From contig JAPLJV010000043.1 in NCBI GenBank assembly GCA_026388415.1, forward strand, positions 8,478 through 72,477: a stretch of DNA of 64,000 nucleotides, read 5' to 3'. Positions 8,085 to 17,166 of the stretch are shown here, in pieces. This DNA comes from Deltaproteobacteria bacterium (GTDB lineage: Bacteria; Desulfobacterota; Syntrophia; Syntrophales; JACQWR01). Under the pieces are notes generated by a model that saw only the letters and a program-made list of their open reading frames with translations, did no database searches and had not been told where the DNA came from. Both the position numbers and the translations under genes were made by a program. The number at the start of each line of letters is the position of its first letter. Within the stretch, counting starts at the first letter, position 1.

Positions 8085-8858
8085 ATGGAAAACCTCTACA
8101 AGAAAGCAGCGGATTTGATCTGTGATGCCAGTACGATAGTCGCTTTTACGGGCGCCGGCGTGAGCACCGAATCGGGCATCCCGGATTTTCGGAGCCCCGG
8201 CGGCATCTGGGAAAAGTATCAACCCGTCTATTATGATGATTTTTTATCCAGCGCCGCGGCGCGCCGCGAATACTGGCAGAGAAGCAGGGTTACCTACCCG
8301 CTCCTGCGGGATGCCAGACCCAATCCCACGCACTTGGCTCTCTGCGAACTGGAGCGGATGGGCAAACTGGAGGCGATCATTACCCAAAACATAGACCGCC
8401 TCCACCACAAGGCAGGCAGCTCGCCGGAGAGAGTTATTGAAATCCATGGCACCGTGGCCTATGCCGTCTGTCAGGATTGCCATAAAACCTATGACCGCGA
8501 TGAGCTGCAAGAGCAACTGGAAGCTCAGGAAGACATCCGGCCTCCTGCCTGTGCGGAATGTCATGGTCCCTTGAAGGACGCCACGATCTCTTTCGGCCAA
8601 TCTATGCCGGAGAAGGAAATGGCAGCGGCGGGTCAACATGCGCAGACCTGTGACCTGATGATCGTCTTGGGCTCATCGCTCGTGGTTTACCCGGCCGCCT
8701 ATCTGCCCCAGCAGGCCCATCAATCGGGCGCCAAGCTTATTATCATCAATCTCGACCCCACCCCCTGCGATCACCTGGCGGCGGTGGCCATCCAGGCCCG
8801 GACCGGGGAAACGCTAACGCAGATTGTCGCGCTGGTCAAACAACGGCTGGGGAAGTAG
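8085..8858 (+). CDS. cobB: NAD-dependent protein deacylase (Sir2 family)
   Basis: 257 aa. GAGVSTESGIPDFRSPGGIW, ITQNIDRLHHKAG, Zn ribbon CxxC...CxxC (CQDC...CAEC), VLGSSLVVYPAA. Confidence 0.93.
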   Translation: MENLYKKAADLICDASTIVAFTGAGVSTESGIPDFRSPGGIWEKYQPVYYDDFLSSAAARREYWQRSRVTYPLLRDARPNPTHLALCELERMGKLEAIITQNIDRLHHKAGSSPERVIEIHGTVAYAVCQDCHKTYDRDELQEQLEAQEDIRPPACAECHGPLKDATISFGQSMPEKEMAAAGQHAQTCDLMIVLGSSLVVYPAAYLPQQAHQSGAKLIIINLDPTPCDHLAAVAIQARTGETLTQIVALVKQRLGK

Positions 8859-8864
8859 ATTACA

Positions 8865-9530
8865 ATGCACGGGAATTGGCCACAGCAGCTTCTCCAGGCC
8901 GCGTCATTAATGGGAGTGCTTCTCGGAGAAAAACAGCTCGAACTTTTTAACCGTTATTATCAGGAGATCATGAGGTGGAATGAAAAAATCAACCTACTGT
9001 CGCGCAGTTCTGCTGAGGATACGTTACTGAAGAATTTCATTGATTCCCTGACGGCGGTCCAGTTTTTAACGGCGCGGGAAAGTCGCGTTCTGGATATGGG
9101 AAGCGGCGGCGGGTTTCCCGGCATCCCCTTGAAGATCGCCTGCCCTGCCCTGCAAGTATCTCTCCTGGAGGCTTCCCGGAAAAAAGCGTCTTTCCTGAAA
9201 CACATCCTCCGCACGCTGCAACTTGCAAAAATAACGGTCATTCATGAACGGGCGGAAAATCTCCGGGGCCAGGAGTCCTGCCGGAACAGCTTTGATACGG
9301 TCATATCCAAGGCCGCCTTCAAGCTCCCGCAGTTGCTTACCTTAGGCGCTGCTTTCCTCCGCCCGGGGGGAATCCTGATGGCCATGAAGGGCGCCGATAT
9401 CAGCGACGAACTGGCGGAGGCCCGGCCGGCCGCCGCTGCCGCAGAATTATTGTTAACCGCCTCCCACGCCTTGACTCTGCCCGTCACCGGAGATCGGCGC
9501 CAGATACTGATTTACACAAGGGCACAGTAA
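8865..9530 (+). CDS. rsmG: 16S rRNA (guanine527-N7)-methyltransferase RsmG (GidB)
   Basis: 221 aa. WNEKINLLS...DMGSGGGFPGIPLKI SAM-binding motif. Confidence 0.93.
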   Translation: MHGNWPQQLLQAASLMGVLLGEKQLELFNRYYQEIMRWNEKINLLSRSSAEDTLLKNFIDSLTAVQFLTARESRVLDMGSGGGFPGIPLKIACPALQVSLLEASRKKASFLKHILRTLQLAKITVIHERAENLRGQESCRNSFDTVISKAAFKLPQLLTLGAAFLRPGGILMAMKGADISDELAEARPAAAAAELLLTASHALTLPVTGDRRQILIYTRAQ

Positions 9531-9637
9531 AGAATGGGCGAGGGAACAATTGCCGATGTTGACGAAGTATGCTACTAATCAAAACCCATGATGGTATATT
9601 GATAAAAAATGAATTGGGCGAAAATAGGACATAATCT

Positions 9638-10450
9638 ATGGAAGAACATCTTTTGAGGAATGTTGTGGTGGGCATCAAGGGGGCGGGAGAAATGGCCAGC
9701 GGCGTAGCCTGGCGTCTCTGGCAGGCAAACATACGCCGGATATTCATGCTGGAGATACCCCGTCCCATGGCGGTCAGACGCCAGGTATCATTCTGTGAAG
9801 CCATCTACGAGAAAGATTTTAGTGTTGATGGCGTGCCCGCGGTTCGGGTCGAGAATGCAGCCGGTATTTATCAGGCCTGGGAGCAGGAGCGGCTTGCCGT
9901 AGCTGTTGACCCACGCTGGACGCTGATTGCCCGGATGCAGCCACAGATTGTGATTGATGCCATTTTGGCCAAGATTAATCTGGGCACGAGTATCAACGAA
10001 GCGCCTCTCGTCATCGGAATGGGCCCCGGTTTCCGGGCCGGTGTAGATGTGCACATGGTCATCGAGACCAACCGGGGGCATAATTTGGGACGGGTTCTCC
10101 TGGCCGGCGCCGCCGAGGCCAATACCGGCATCCCGGGAGATATCGGAGGGTATGCGCAAGAACGTGTGCTGAGGGCGACCTGCGGCGGCATTTTTACCAC
10201 GGGGGCACAAATCGGCGCTCTGGTGCGGCAGGGAGAGCAGATTGGTGCGGTCGCGGGGAAGCCAGTGGCGGCAGGGATCGCGGGGATCATCAGGGGCCTG
10301 CTCCGCGACGGGACGGAGGTAGAGCAAGGCGCCAAGCTCGGTGACATAGACCCACGCGGTGAGACCGGCTACTGCGCTACCGTCTCCGACAAGGCGCTGG
10401 CCATTGGCGGGGCAGCTTTGGAAGCAATTCTCCGGGTCTACAATGGATAA
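9638..10450 (+). CDS. selenium-dependent molybdenum hydroxylase system protein, YqeB/EF2563 family
   Basis: 270 aa. VVGIKGAGEMASGVAWRLWQANI...RRQVSFCEAIYE... resembles the short YqeB-type family. Followed by YqeC and MocA-like genes, the usual trio. Confidence 0.8.
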   Translation: MEEHLLRNVVVGIKGAGEMASGVAWRLWQANIRRIFMLEIPRPMAVRRQVSFCEAIYEKDFSVDGVPAVRVENAAGIYQAWEQERLAVAVDPRWTLIARMQPQIVIDAILAKINLGTSINEAPLVIGMGPGFRAGVDVHMVIETNRGHNLGRVLLAGAAEANTGIPGDIGGYAQERVLRATCGGIFTTGAQIGALVRQGEQIGAVAGKPVAAGIAGIIRGLLRDGTEVEQGAKLGDIDPRGETGYCATVSDKALAIGGAALEAILRVYNG

Positions 10451-10453
10451 TGT

Positions 10454-11230
10454 ATGACACCTCTGGCGGATATAATGGCCCTCCGTGGCGGTGGTGTGAT
10501 CAGCATTGTCGGCGGCGGCGGTAAGACTACCCTTATGGAGCGTCTGGCGCGCGAAATTCTGGTTCGTGGCGAAACCGTATTAGTGACCACGACTACCAGG
10601 ATTATGATGCCTAAGGGTGAAAGTCCGGAACGGGTTCTCATCTCCGGCCAGACCCGCGAAGTTCTGAGACTGGCGGAAGCCTTGCTCTCCGTGTCCGGGC
10701 GTTTGACGGCGGCCAGCGCCTGCCTTCCTGCCGAGGATAAACTGATCGGCTTTAGGGCTACGCAGATAGGGGAGCTGGAGAAGGGAAACCTGTTTGACTG
10801 GATACTGGTGGAAGCCGACGGAGCGCGACACCTGTCGCTCAAGGCGCCGGCTCCGCATGAACCGGTCGTCCCTCCCTCTTCGCGCTGGGTCGTCGCCGTG
10901 GTCGGTTTGGATGCGATTGGCAGACCACTAACGGATGAATGGGTTTTTCGCAGCCGCCTCTTTGCGGAAATAACCGGCCTGACGCCGGGAGCGGCCATTA
11001 CGGAAGAGTCGGTCGCGACCGCCCTAATACATGAAAAGGGCATCCTTAAAGATTGTCCCGCTGATGCCCTAAAATACGTTTTCCTCAACAAGGCCGAAAC
11101 GGAGGACCGTAGAATGAGGGGACGTCTGATCGCCCATATCTTGCAGGAAAAAGGGTTGATGCGACCGGAGCGGGTGATTATCGGCGCCCTGGAGCGGGAA
11201 ACAGAGCCGCTGGAATGTTATGTCCTGTAA
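10454..11230 (+). CDS. yqeC: putative selenium-dependent hydroxylase accessory protein YqeC
   Basis: 258 aa. P-loop-like ISIVGGGGKTTLMERLA, LVEADGARHLSLKAPAPHEPVVP. Confidence 0.8.
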   Translation: MTPLADIMALRGGGVISIVGGGGKTTLMERLAREILVRGETVLVTTTTRIMMPKGESPERVLISGQTREVLRLAEALLSVSGRLTAASACLPAEDKLIGFRATQIGELEKGNLFDWILVEADGARHLSLKAPAPHEPVVPPSSRWVVAVVGLDAIGRPLTDEWVFRSRLFAEITGLTPGAAITEESVATALIHEKGILKDCPADALKYVFLNKAETEDRRMRGRLIAHILQEKGLMRPERVIIGALERETEPLECYVL

Positions 11231-11897
11231 TAAACAGCATAATCCATTTGACCCTGTGCTCCTCTGTGAAGGGAATGATGCGGCTGGGATGGGAAAGCAC
11301 CCCACCGCCGGCATAGTCCTGGCGGCGGGAATGTCCACCCGGTTGGGCCAGCCCAAGCATCTCATCACCCTGGACGGAAAAACCCTCCTGGCCCGGGTAG
11401 TCGCTGCCGCTCTGGAATCGGAACTTGCCGAGGTAATCCTTGTCCTCGGCCACGAGGCGGGAAGAGTGCTGGCTGCCCTCGGTTCCCTGGGGTGTGAGGA
11501 GCGATTACGAACCGTTGTCAACGAGAGATATGAAGATGGTATGGCCGGTTCGCTGCAGGCCGGGTTGCTGACGGTAAAAGAGCAATATCCTGCGGTAATG
11601 TTTCTGCTGGGTGATCAACCGCTGATTGACGCCGACGTCATAAATCTTCTGCTCCACCGTTTCTGGTCAGCGGACAAAGATATCTGCGTGCCGGTGCAGG
11701 GTGAAAGGCGTGGCAATCCCGTCTGTTTCAGCCGCCGTTTCTACGAGCAGATCCTCGGTATCCAGGGCGACACGGGCGCCCGGGAAATCATCGTCAGACA
11801 TCCCGGGGATGTGCTTTTAGTCGAGATTGACAGTCCGTCCCTTTTTCTGGATATTGATCGTGCCGAGGATTTGGAAATGCTCCTTGCGCTTCTCTAA
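11220..11897 (+). CDS. MobA/MocA-like molybdenum cofactor nucleotidyltransferase
   Basis: GIVLAAGMSTRLGQPKHLITLDGKTLLARVV...FLLGDQPLI is the NTP_transf_3 signature. The start is uncertain (11220 or the ATG at 11289). Confidence 0.8.
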   Translation: MSCNKQHNPFDPVLLCEGNDAAGMGKHPTAGIVLAAGMSTRLGQPKHLITLDGKTLLARVVAAALESELAEVILVLGHEAGRVLAALGSLGCEERLRTVVNERYEDGMAGSLQAGLLTVKEQYPAVMFLLGDQPLIDADVINLLLHRFWSADKDICVPVQGERRGNPVCFSRRFYEQILGIQGDTGAREIIVRHPGDVLLVEIDSPSLFLDIDRAEDLEMLLALL

Positions 11898-12018
11898 TTT
11901 TTAATCTTGACTTTCATTCTGATATTAAATAATAACCAACCACCGTGAATAAACCTGCGTGGGGATCGTCTTACGGCGGCACCTTAATTTCTGACAGGTT
12001 GTAACCAAATAAGTCCAT

Positions 12019-12093
12019 GGTCCCATCGTCTAGTGGTTAGGACGCTGGCCTCTCACGCCGGTAGCAGGGGTTCAAATCCCCTTGGGACTACCA
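12019..12093 (+). tRNA. tRNA-Glu (anticodon CTC)
   Basis: GGTCCCATCGTCTAGTGGTTAGGACG-CTGGC-CTCTCAC-GCCGG-TAGC-AGGGGTTCAAATCCCCT-TGGGACT-ACCA. Typical Glu D-arm. Encoded CCA. Confidence 0.93.
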
Positions 12094-12096
12094 ATA
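12048..12096 (+). repeat. attL-type direct repeat (3' part of tRNA-Glu from the anticodon stem to CCA plus 3 nt)
   Basis: gcctctcacgccggtagcaggggttcaaatccccttgggactaccaata is identical (49/49, hand-aligned) to 20558-20606. Confidence 0.85.
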
Positions 12097-12116
12097 CTTA
12101 GCAGTACCAGAGTCAC

Positions 12117-12138
12117 CCGGACACAAGTCCGGACACAA
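12117..12138 (+). repeat. tandem CCGGACACAA repeats (candidate integrase arm-type sites)
   Basis: CCGGACACAA at 12117-12126 and 12129-12138. Related GGACACAC motifs recur near the other island end (20424-20499). Confidence 0.5.
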
Positions 12139-12142
12139 AATG

Positions 12143-12173
12143 CCCTCAGAGACATCACCTCTGAGGGTTTTTT
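12143..12173 (+). terminator. rho-independent terminator downstream of tRNA-Glu (island-borne)
   Basis: CCCTCAGAG (12143-12151), 7-nt loop, CTCTGAGGG (12159-12167), then TTTTTT. Confidence 0.6.
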
Positions 12174-12349
12174 CATCCAACATTTGCCTTATTGAATTCG
12201 ATCACCTGAGCCGGCCCTTTGAGACCTTCCTCAAGTGCTCCCCTTGTTTCTTCCAACCCAAGACTACGGATATACCGTGCGGTCGTATTCGGATTTGCAT
12301 GCCGCATAATTGCCTGGATTATTGCCAGTGTGTACCCTTTTTTTATCTT
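12173..12349 (-). pseudogene. tyrosine recombinase/integrase C-terminal remnant
   Basis: Hand translation of the minus strand gives KIKKGYTLAIIQAIMRHANPNTTARYIRSLGLEETRGALEEGLKGPAQVIEFNKANVG*. It contains the LGH..xxT..Y catalytic-Tyr box, is bounded upstream by TAA, has no start codon, and the N-terminal two-thirds is absent. Confidence 0.75.
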
Positions 12350-12424
12350 TTACCTCATGAGGTATTATCCTTAGTCTCTTTTTTCTGTATAATACAAAGC
12401 ACGTTAAAGTTGATTTCGTACTAA

Positions 12425-13771
12425 GTGAGGTGTTACCCATTGCGAAAGATATGTTGCTTCTCCCCTAAATACTACAGGCGTTCCCAGGAAACTCTCGAGA
12501 AAGCGCTAAAAGAGCTTTCAGCTTATAAATCATGGCAAACATTTGATCCAGGTACTCTGTATCATATCGACGCACGCTATGCTGCGATGCCGGTGCTTAC
12601 CAAGCATGAGATCCGCGAGCATTTCCCGGATGGATTCGTCCCGCCGGATAAGGACTTAAAACAGGGCCTTGAGAACCGTGAGGTTGAGTTTGTCAAGACG
12701 AGCGGAACAAGTGATGTCAGTGTGACCAATATATGGAACCAGCGATGGTGGGATGAATCGGAAAGGCTTTCCTGGGAGTTAAATTCCCATGCCAAAAAGT
12801 TGGCAACGGGAAGCCACAAAGAGGCAATCCTTGCTAATCCGCTTAACGTGGGTTTTATCTCGAATGACACCGATCTGGTGTTGGAAAAACGACGACTAGG
12901 CCGCTTCCTTTACCTTAATGAAAAGAGTGATCCGGCGTCTTGGACACAATCATTAATGGACAGGATGAGAGATGAACTTGATGAATTCAAGCCTGTGGTC
13001 TTTGAGGCAAATCCGTCACTTCTGGCCAAGCTGTGCCGTCACATTGCTGAGTGCCGTAAGGAGGTTTTCCAGCCAGGGCTGATAGTTCTCACATACGAGT
13101 ATCCTTCGGTTTTGCATTACCGGCAAATCCGGCGCGTTTTTGGTTCACCAATCGCCAGTTCTTACGGCTCAACAGAGACTGGCTACGTCTTTATGCAATG
13201 TGAAGCGGGGAAATTTCATCAGAACAGCAAGTCCTGTCGTGTTGATTTCCAACCACTCAAGCCAGAACACGGTGGACACGGGGTAGGCAGAATCCTTGTA
13301 AGTCCGCTTAACAATCCCTGGTACCACATCATACATTTTGACGTGGGAGACTTGGTAGCGCTTGACGATAGCGGTGATTGTTCTTGCGGACGAAACTCTG
13401 GTATCATCCTTTCAGCAATTATGGGACGTATGGCCACGACAACCCTGACATTGACGGGCAGATTGGTAACACTCCACGAGCTTGACAATATCATTGGCGG
13501 ACTATCCGGAATAGATGAGTATCGACTCGTACAGGCAGATAAGGAATCGTACCATTTATTTATAGCAAGCCAGGTGAATAACAAGGATGAGCTTGCCTGG
13601 GAAGCATCAAACAAGCTTAAAAAGCTCTATGGTGACGGGGCAAACATATCGGTAAGTTATGAAAATGCTATTTCCCCGGAAAGCACAGGTAAATACAGGC
13701 TAGCAAGGACTGATTTCCCAATAGAGGTAGAAGATTACCTTGATAAAAGCTACATCTGCGAAGGGATATAG
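12425..13771 (+). CDS. PaaK/F390-synthetase-like adenylate-forming enzyme (ANL superfamily)
   Basis: 448 aa. VKTSGTSDVSV (P-loop-like TSGT[ST]), SSYGSTETGYVF, C-terminal GKYRL. Start uncertain (GTG 12425, or TTG 12440 after GAGGTG). Confidence 0.85.
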   Translation: MRCYPLRKICCFSPKYYRRSQETLEKALKELSAYKSWQTFDPGTLYHIDARYAAMPVLTKHEIREHFPDGFVPPDKDLKQGLENREVEFVKTSGTSDVSVTNIWNQRWWDESERLSWELNSHAKKLATGSHKEAILANPLNVGFISNDTDLVLEKRRLGRFLYLNEKSDPASWTQSLMDRMRDELDEFKPVVFEANPSLLAKLCRHIAECRKEVFQPGLIVLTYEYPSVLHYRQIRRVFGSPIASSYGSTETGYVFMQCEAGKFHQNSKSCRVDFQPLKPEHGGHGVGRILVSPLNNPWYHIIHFDVGDLVALDDSGDCSCGRNSGIILSAIMGRMATTTLTLTGRLVTLHELDNIIGGLSGIDEYRLVQADKESYHLFIASQVNNKDELAWEASNKLKKLYGDGANISVSYENAISPESTGKYRLARTDFPIEVEDYLDKSYICEGI

Positions 13772-13789
13772 GCACAAGGTGGATGAATA

Positions 13790-14482
13790 ATGAGTGACAG
13801 AAAACCGGTATATCTCCTTGCTGGGGGCAGACCAGCAAATCGTGGGGAGAACAATTTGCTGATTCGCGAGGCTTTTCGCGAGAGTGATAAAAGTTCACCG
13901 TCAGTTGGCTACGTGGGAACGGCCAGCGATGATAACAAGGAGTTTTTTAACCTTATGGCAGCTATGCTAAGGGAAAACGGGGCTGTTGAGGTAAACCACG
14001 CCTTGCTCGCTCTTAACAACGCTGACATTTCAAAAGCCAAATACATTTTAAAACATTCGGATATTATTTATATCAGCGGAGGAGATGTAGACAAGGGGAT
14101 AGAAAAACTTAAAGAGCGGCATATGGTAAATTTCCTTGCTGAGCTTTATCAAGAGGGCAAACCCTTTTTCGGACTCTCTGCCGGGAGTATCATGCTGGCG
14201 AAGGAATGGGTGCGCTGGCGCAACCCCGCCGATGACACAACGGCTGAGAAATTTCCATGTCTGGGGTTCGCCCCTGTGCTTTGCGACACCCACGATGAGG
14301 ATAGCGGATGGGGGGAGCTTAAATTGCTTTTAATGCTAGAAAAAGAGGGTGCTACTGGGTATGGAATTACTAGCGGGACCGCACTGAGAGTATTCCCGGA
14401 TGGCAGAATAGAAGCGCTGGGAGGTGCAGTTCATCAGTACGTCAACCGAGGTGGTAAAGTTCATAAAAGAAAAAGTTTGTAA
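13790..14482 (+). CDS. peptidase S51 family (dipeptidase E/cyanophycinase-like) protein
   Basis: 230 aa. IYISGGDVDKGIEKLKE...GKPFFGLSAGSIMLAKEW contains the S51 nucleophile-elbow GxSAG. 18 nt downstream of the PaaK-like gene. Confidence 0.85.
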   Translation: MSDRKPVYLLAGGRPANRGENNLLIREAFRESDKSSPSVGYVGTASDDNKEFFNLMAAMLRENGAVEVNHALLALNNADISKAKYILKHSDIIYISGGDVDKGIEKLKERHMVNFLAELYQEGKPFFGLSAGSIMLAKEWVRWRNPADDTTAEKFPCLGFAPVLCDTHDEDSGWGELKLLLMLEKEGATGYGITSGTALRVFPDGRIEALGGAVHQYVNRGGKVHKRKSL

Positions 14483-14884
14483 ATATCAACATGCAATCCT
14501 CAGTTTCCGATTGACGGGAATAATTACCGACTGGTCAACTATAATCTTCTCGTTGGATAATCAATGACAACAAATTCTACTTGTATAAGATGTAAACAAA
14601 AAACAAAACATACGGTAAGAAGCAGAGAGAGTCGGTTGCGCAGCTTCTGGTTATATCAGAAGAATACCATCCCAGACCTTCCTATACCTTCTGGAATAGG
14701 AGATCTCCTGAGCCCTATACAACGCGCGGGAAGGGATCAGAAAACAACCGACTCAGAAGCGGTTTGATAAAAATCAGCTGATAAAAATCAATGGACTTTT
14801 CCTGAATATTCAATGATAATCAGCTAAGAGTTGTAGTTTATTAAGATTGATTTTTATGATTTCTAATAAAAGGAGACTAGAATA

Positions 14885-15370
14885 ATGAAAAGTTTTAGAC
14901 GTATATCTCTGTTACTAATGACGGTGCTAATTATATCTATTACTGCCATTATCGCGGCCATACCTCTCTATGCCCAAACCCCAGAATTGATTGTCGTACT
15001 TAAGAACGGTACACGTCAGACCTTTCCCCTCTCGAATGTGTCGCGCATAGAAGTTTTGGGAATGGAGGCGACCAGCCGCATTAATCCAGCGGGAACCTGG
15101 CGCAGAGGTCAAGAAGGTACCACCTGGACGTTCACAGCGGGTGCTGATGGACGCTACTTCGCCCAAGAGAACGGGTTTGCTCAGGTCAACGGAATGGCTT
15201 ACTTTACGCCTTCTGGCAGCTTCCGTATCGACTATAGGTCAAGGGATGGTGTCTACACGGGGTATACCGAGATGAATTTTGCACCTGATGGTAAGACGGC
15301 TGCCGGAACTTGGAATAGCTATACGCCAGATAAAGCAACCAGTCAAGTCACTTGGACTCGCGTGAATTGA
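14885..15370 (+). CDS. secreted hypothetical protein
   Basis: AAAGGAG SD. Signal peptide MKSFRRISLLLMTVLIISITAIIAAIPLYAQ. No family recognised. Confidence 0.6.
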   Translation: MKSFRRISLLLMTVLIISITAIIAAIPLYAQTPELIVVLKNGTRQTFPLSNVSRIEVLGMEATSRINPAGTWRRGQEGTTWTFTAGADGRYFAQENGFAQVNGMAYFTPSGSFRIDYRSRDGVYTGYTEMNFAPDGKTAAGTWNSYTPDKATSQVTWTRVN

Positions 15371-15754
15371 GCCGTGGTCCTCAGATAACCTAAATTGAGA
15401 TCCATCTCTTGTATCAGCACGGTATTGTCGATATCGGTGGCTCCATTACCATTCATACATTTTCCTTTTTGGGTCGGAAATTTGCTTAACCCCAAAACGG
15501 AGAGAATCGCCGGAAACGGCGGTTATTTTCACAGGAGAAATGCTAAAATCGGGTTTTGGAAAGATTGACACCCGTATCGTTTGTCGGGTAAAAGGGATCG
15601 ATTACGGGAGCAACCTTCATTCGTTCTACCTGCATCTTGACACACTCCTTTCTTTCTCGTTTCCGATTATTCGGGTTACTCATCAACTGTTTAACGAAGT
15701 AGATTCCTTTTCTAATTTATTTTCGGTTATCTTCTGTGATCATGATCTTTTTTG

Positions 15755-15922
15755 TTATCGTTTTGCTTTAACTGAGAGATATGCCGTTCCAATCGGTTTA
15801 ACATCAACAAAACTATAAGAAGCTGGTTTGAAGGAGTTTTCTATCATTTTAGTTAAAGTCATCGTGAACATCCACATTATCATGGATATAAATATAAAAC
15901 CTATCACCGTGTATGTCTTCAT
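15755..15922 (-). CDS. possible 55-aa small membrane protein
   Basis: Hand-translated as MKTYTVIGFIFISMIMWMFTMTLTKMIENSFKPASYSFVDVKPIGTAYLSVKAKR*. Strong AGGTGAGG SD 4 nt upstream. Too short to appear in the supplied ORF track. Confidence 0.3.
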   Translation of the reverse strand: MKTYTVIGFIFISMIMWMFTMTLTKMIENSFKPASYSFVDVKPIGTAYLSVKAKR

Positions 15923-16301
15923 AATCCTCACCTATCGTAACTAAATATTCCGTAATACAGCATCGCTCCTTCTGACCCATCCCTTTTGGTTAGATGACCA
16001 ATATCACGATTAGTAATAGCAAAGGGTTGACCAATACCTGAAAGATAATCATATTTATTATTTATCTTTTGGTAACAGATATTTAGATTAATAATAGGGA
16101 CAGCAGAAAAGTATGAAATGGTTCGTTAGACCTCAATATTTGGTGGAACCTCAAGATATTGAGGGATGCTCTGCTGGGAGAAATACCGGTTCAGACCTTC
16201 TCAGCGGTGAGTGGGTAGGAGATCTTCTGTTGCAAATATAAAAGGGTAAGGTAGAGATAACAAACGGTTAAAAGCTTCAATCATAAGACATTCTATAATA
16301 C

Positions 16302-16907
16302 CTACAACCTGACCATATTCTTCTTGTTCTTCGTGTATTCTGCGATCACGCGCTTTGTATAGGTTGTGTTGGGATCTTTATCTTCAGCCATTAGCCTCTT
16401 TGCCTTATTATGGCCAACATTGTAAGCAAAGAGCGCTGTTGGAAGATCATTAAATAGATCTATCATTTTGGAAATGTAGTAAATGCCCATACGGATATTC
16501 ATTTGGGGGTCACAAAGATCCTTTAAACCGCGATAGGGAATTCCTATTTCCTTGGCAATTTCACTGGCCGTAGAGGGTTGTATCTGCATAAATCCTCTGG
16601 CGCCATCTGGTGATATCACATTCTGGCGATAGTTACTTTCTGTCTTCATAATAGCCAAGATGAGACGGTAATCTACGCCATAATGCAGAGATTCCTTTAT
16701 CACCGTCTGCACAGCAAGAATAATATTCCCATTGCTCATTTTTGCATCTTCTGCCTTTATGTTTTGAGCAATGTGCTGAACTGTTACCGAATTCGTATCA
16801 TCAGCGCCCCAACAGAGCGTGTCAGACAAAGAAAAAACAGTAAACAGCGGAAAAATTAAAACCAGAATAATGAAAAAAAATCTGGTAGAAACCCGGAAGC
16901 GTTTCAT
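16302..16907 (-). CDS. lytic transglycosylase (SLT domain)
   Basis: 201 aa. N-terminal TM/signal. ILAIMKTESNYRQNVISPDGARGFMQIQPSTA (catalytic ES motif), AYNVGHNK. Confidence 0.88.
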   Translation of the reverse strand: MKRFRVSTRFFFIILVLIFPLFTVFSLSDTLCWGADDTNSVTVQHIAQNIKAEDAKMSNGNIILAVQTVIKESLHYGVDYRLILAIMKTESNYRQNVISPDGARGFMQIQPSTASEIAKEIGIPYRGLKDLCDPQMNIRMGIYYISKMIDLFNDLPTALFAYNVGHNKAKRLMAEDKDPNTTYTKRVIAEYTKNKKNMVRL

Positions 16908-16929
16908 AGATTTAAATCCTCCTTTCTCT

Positions 16930-17033
16930 TAGGATTATGAATACTCATTCATGATACATATAGTGTTCATAATCCTATAGCCGTCTGAACAAAGTCTGAT
17001 TGATAGAGTTTAATGAAGGGGATTTCAGACGGA
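16930..17033. promoter_or_regulatory. two inverted repeats upstream of the SLT gene (candidate operators)
   Basis: TAGGATTATGAA (16930-16941) / TTCATAATCCTA (16966-16977), 12 bp perfect. CCGTCTGAA (16982-16990) / TTCAGACGG (17025-17033), 9 bp perfect. Confidence 0.35.
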
Positions 17034-17166
17034 CTCAACCCCATAAAGGCTGAGATTTAATGATGTGAAACTGCTTAGCGGAATGGTATATATACGAAGA
17101 AGATATCTATAGCAAGAAAAAAACGATCAGGTGGCCAATAAGATAGGTAAATCAAGTTATTAGCTG

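Noticed and set aside
12140-12424. 94-aa plus-strand ORF right after tRNA-Glu.
   Set aside because: It is the antisense of the minus-strand frame that encodes a clear tyrosine-recombinase C-terminal box. It has no SD and an implausible sequence.
14564-14767. 67-aa ORF with a CIRCKQKTKH zinc-ribbon-like start, in a region with a 10-bp inverted repeat (GAGTCGGTTG at 14628 / CAACCGACTC at 14743) and tandem GATAAAAATCA repeats.
   Set aside because: It has no SD, only half a zinc-ribbon motif, and an Arg/Ser-rich unstructured remainder. The short repeats are noted but are too small to interpret.
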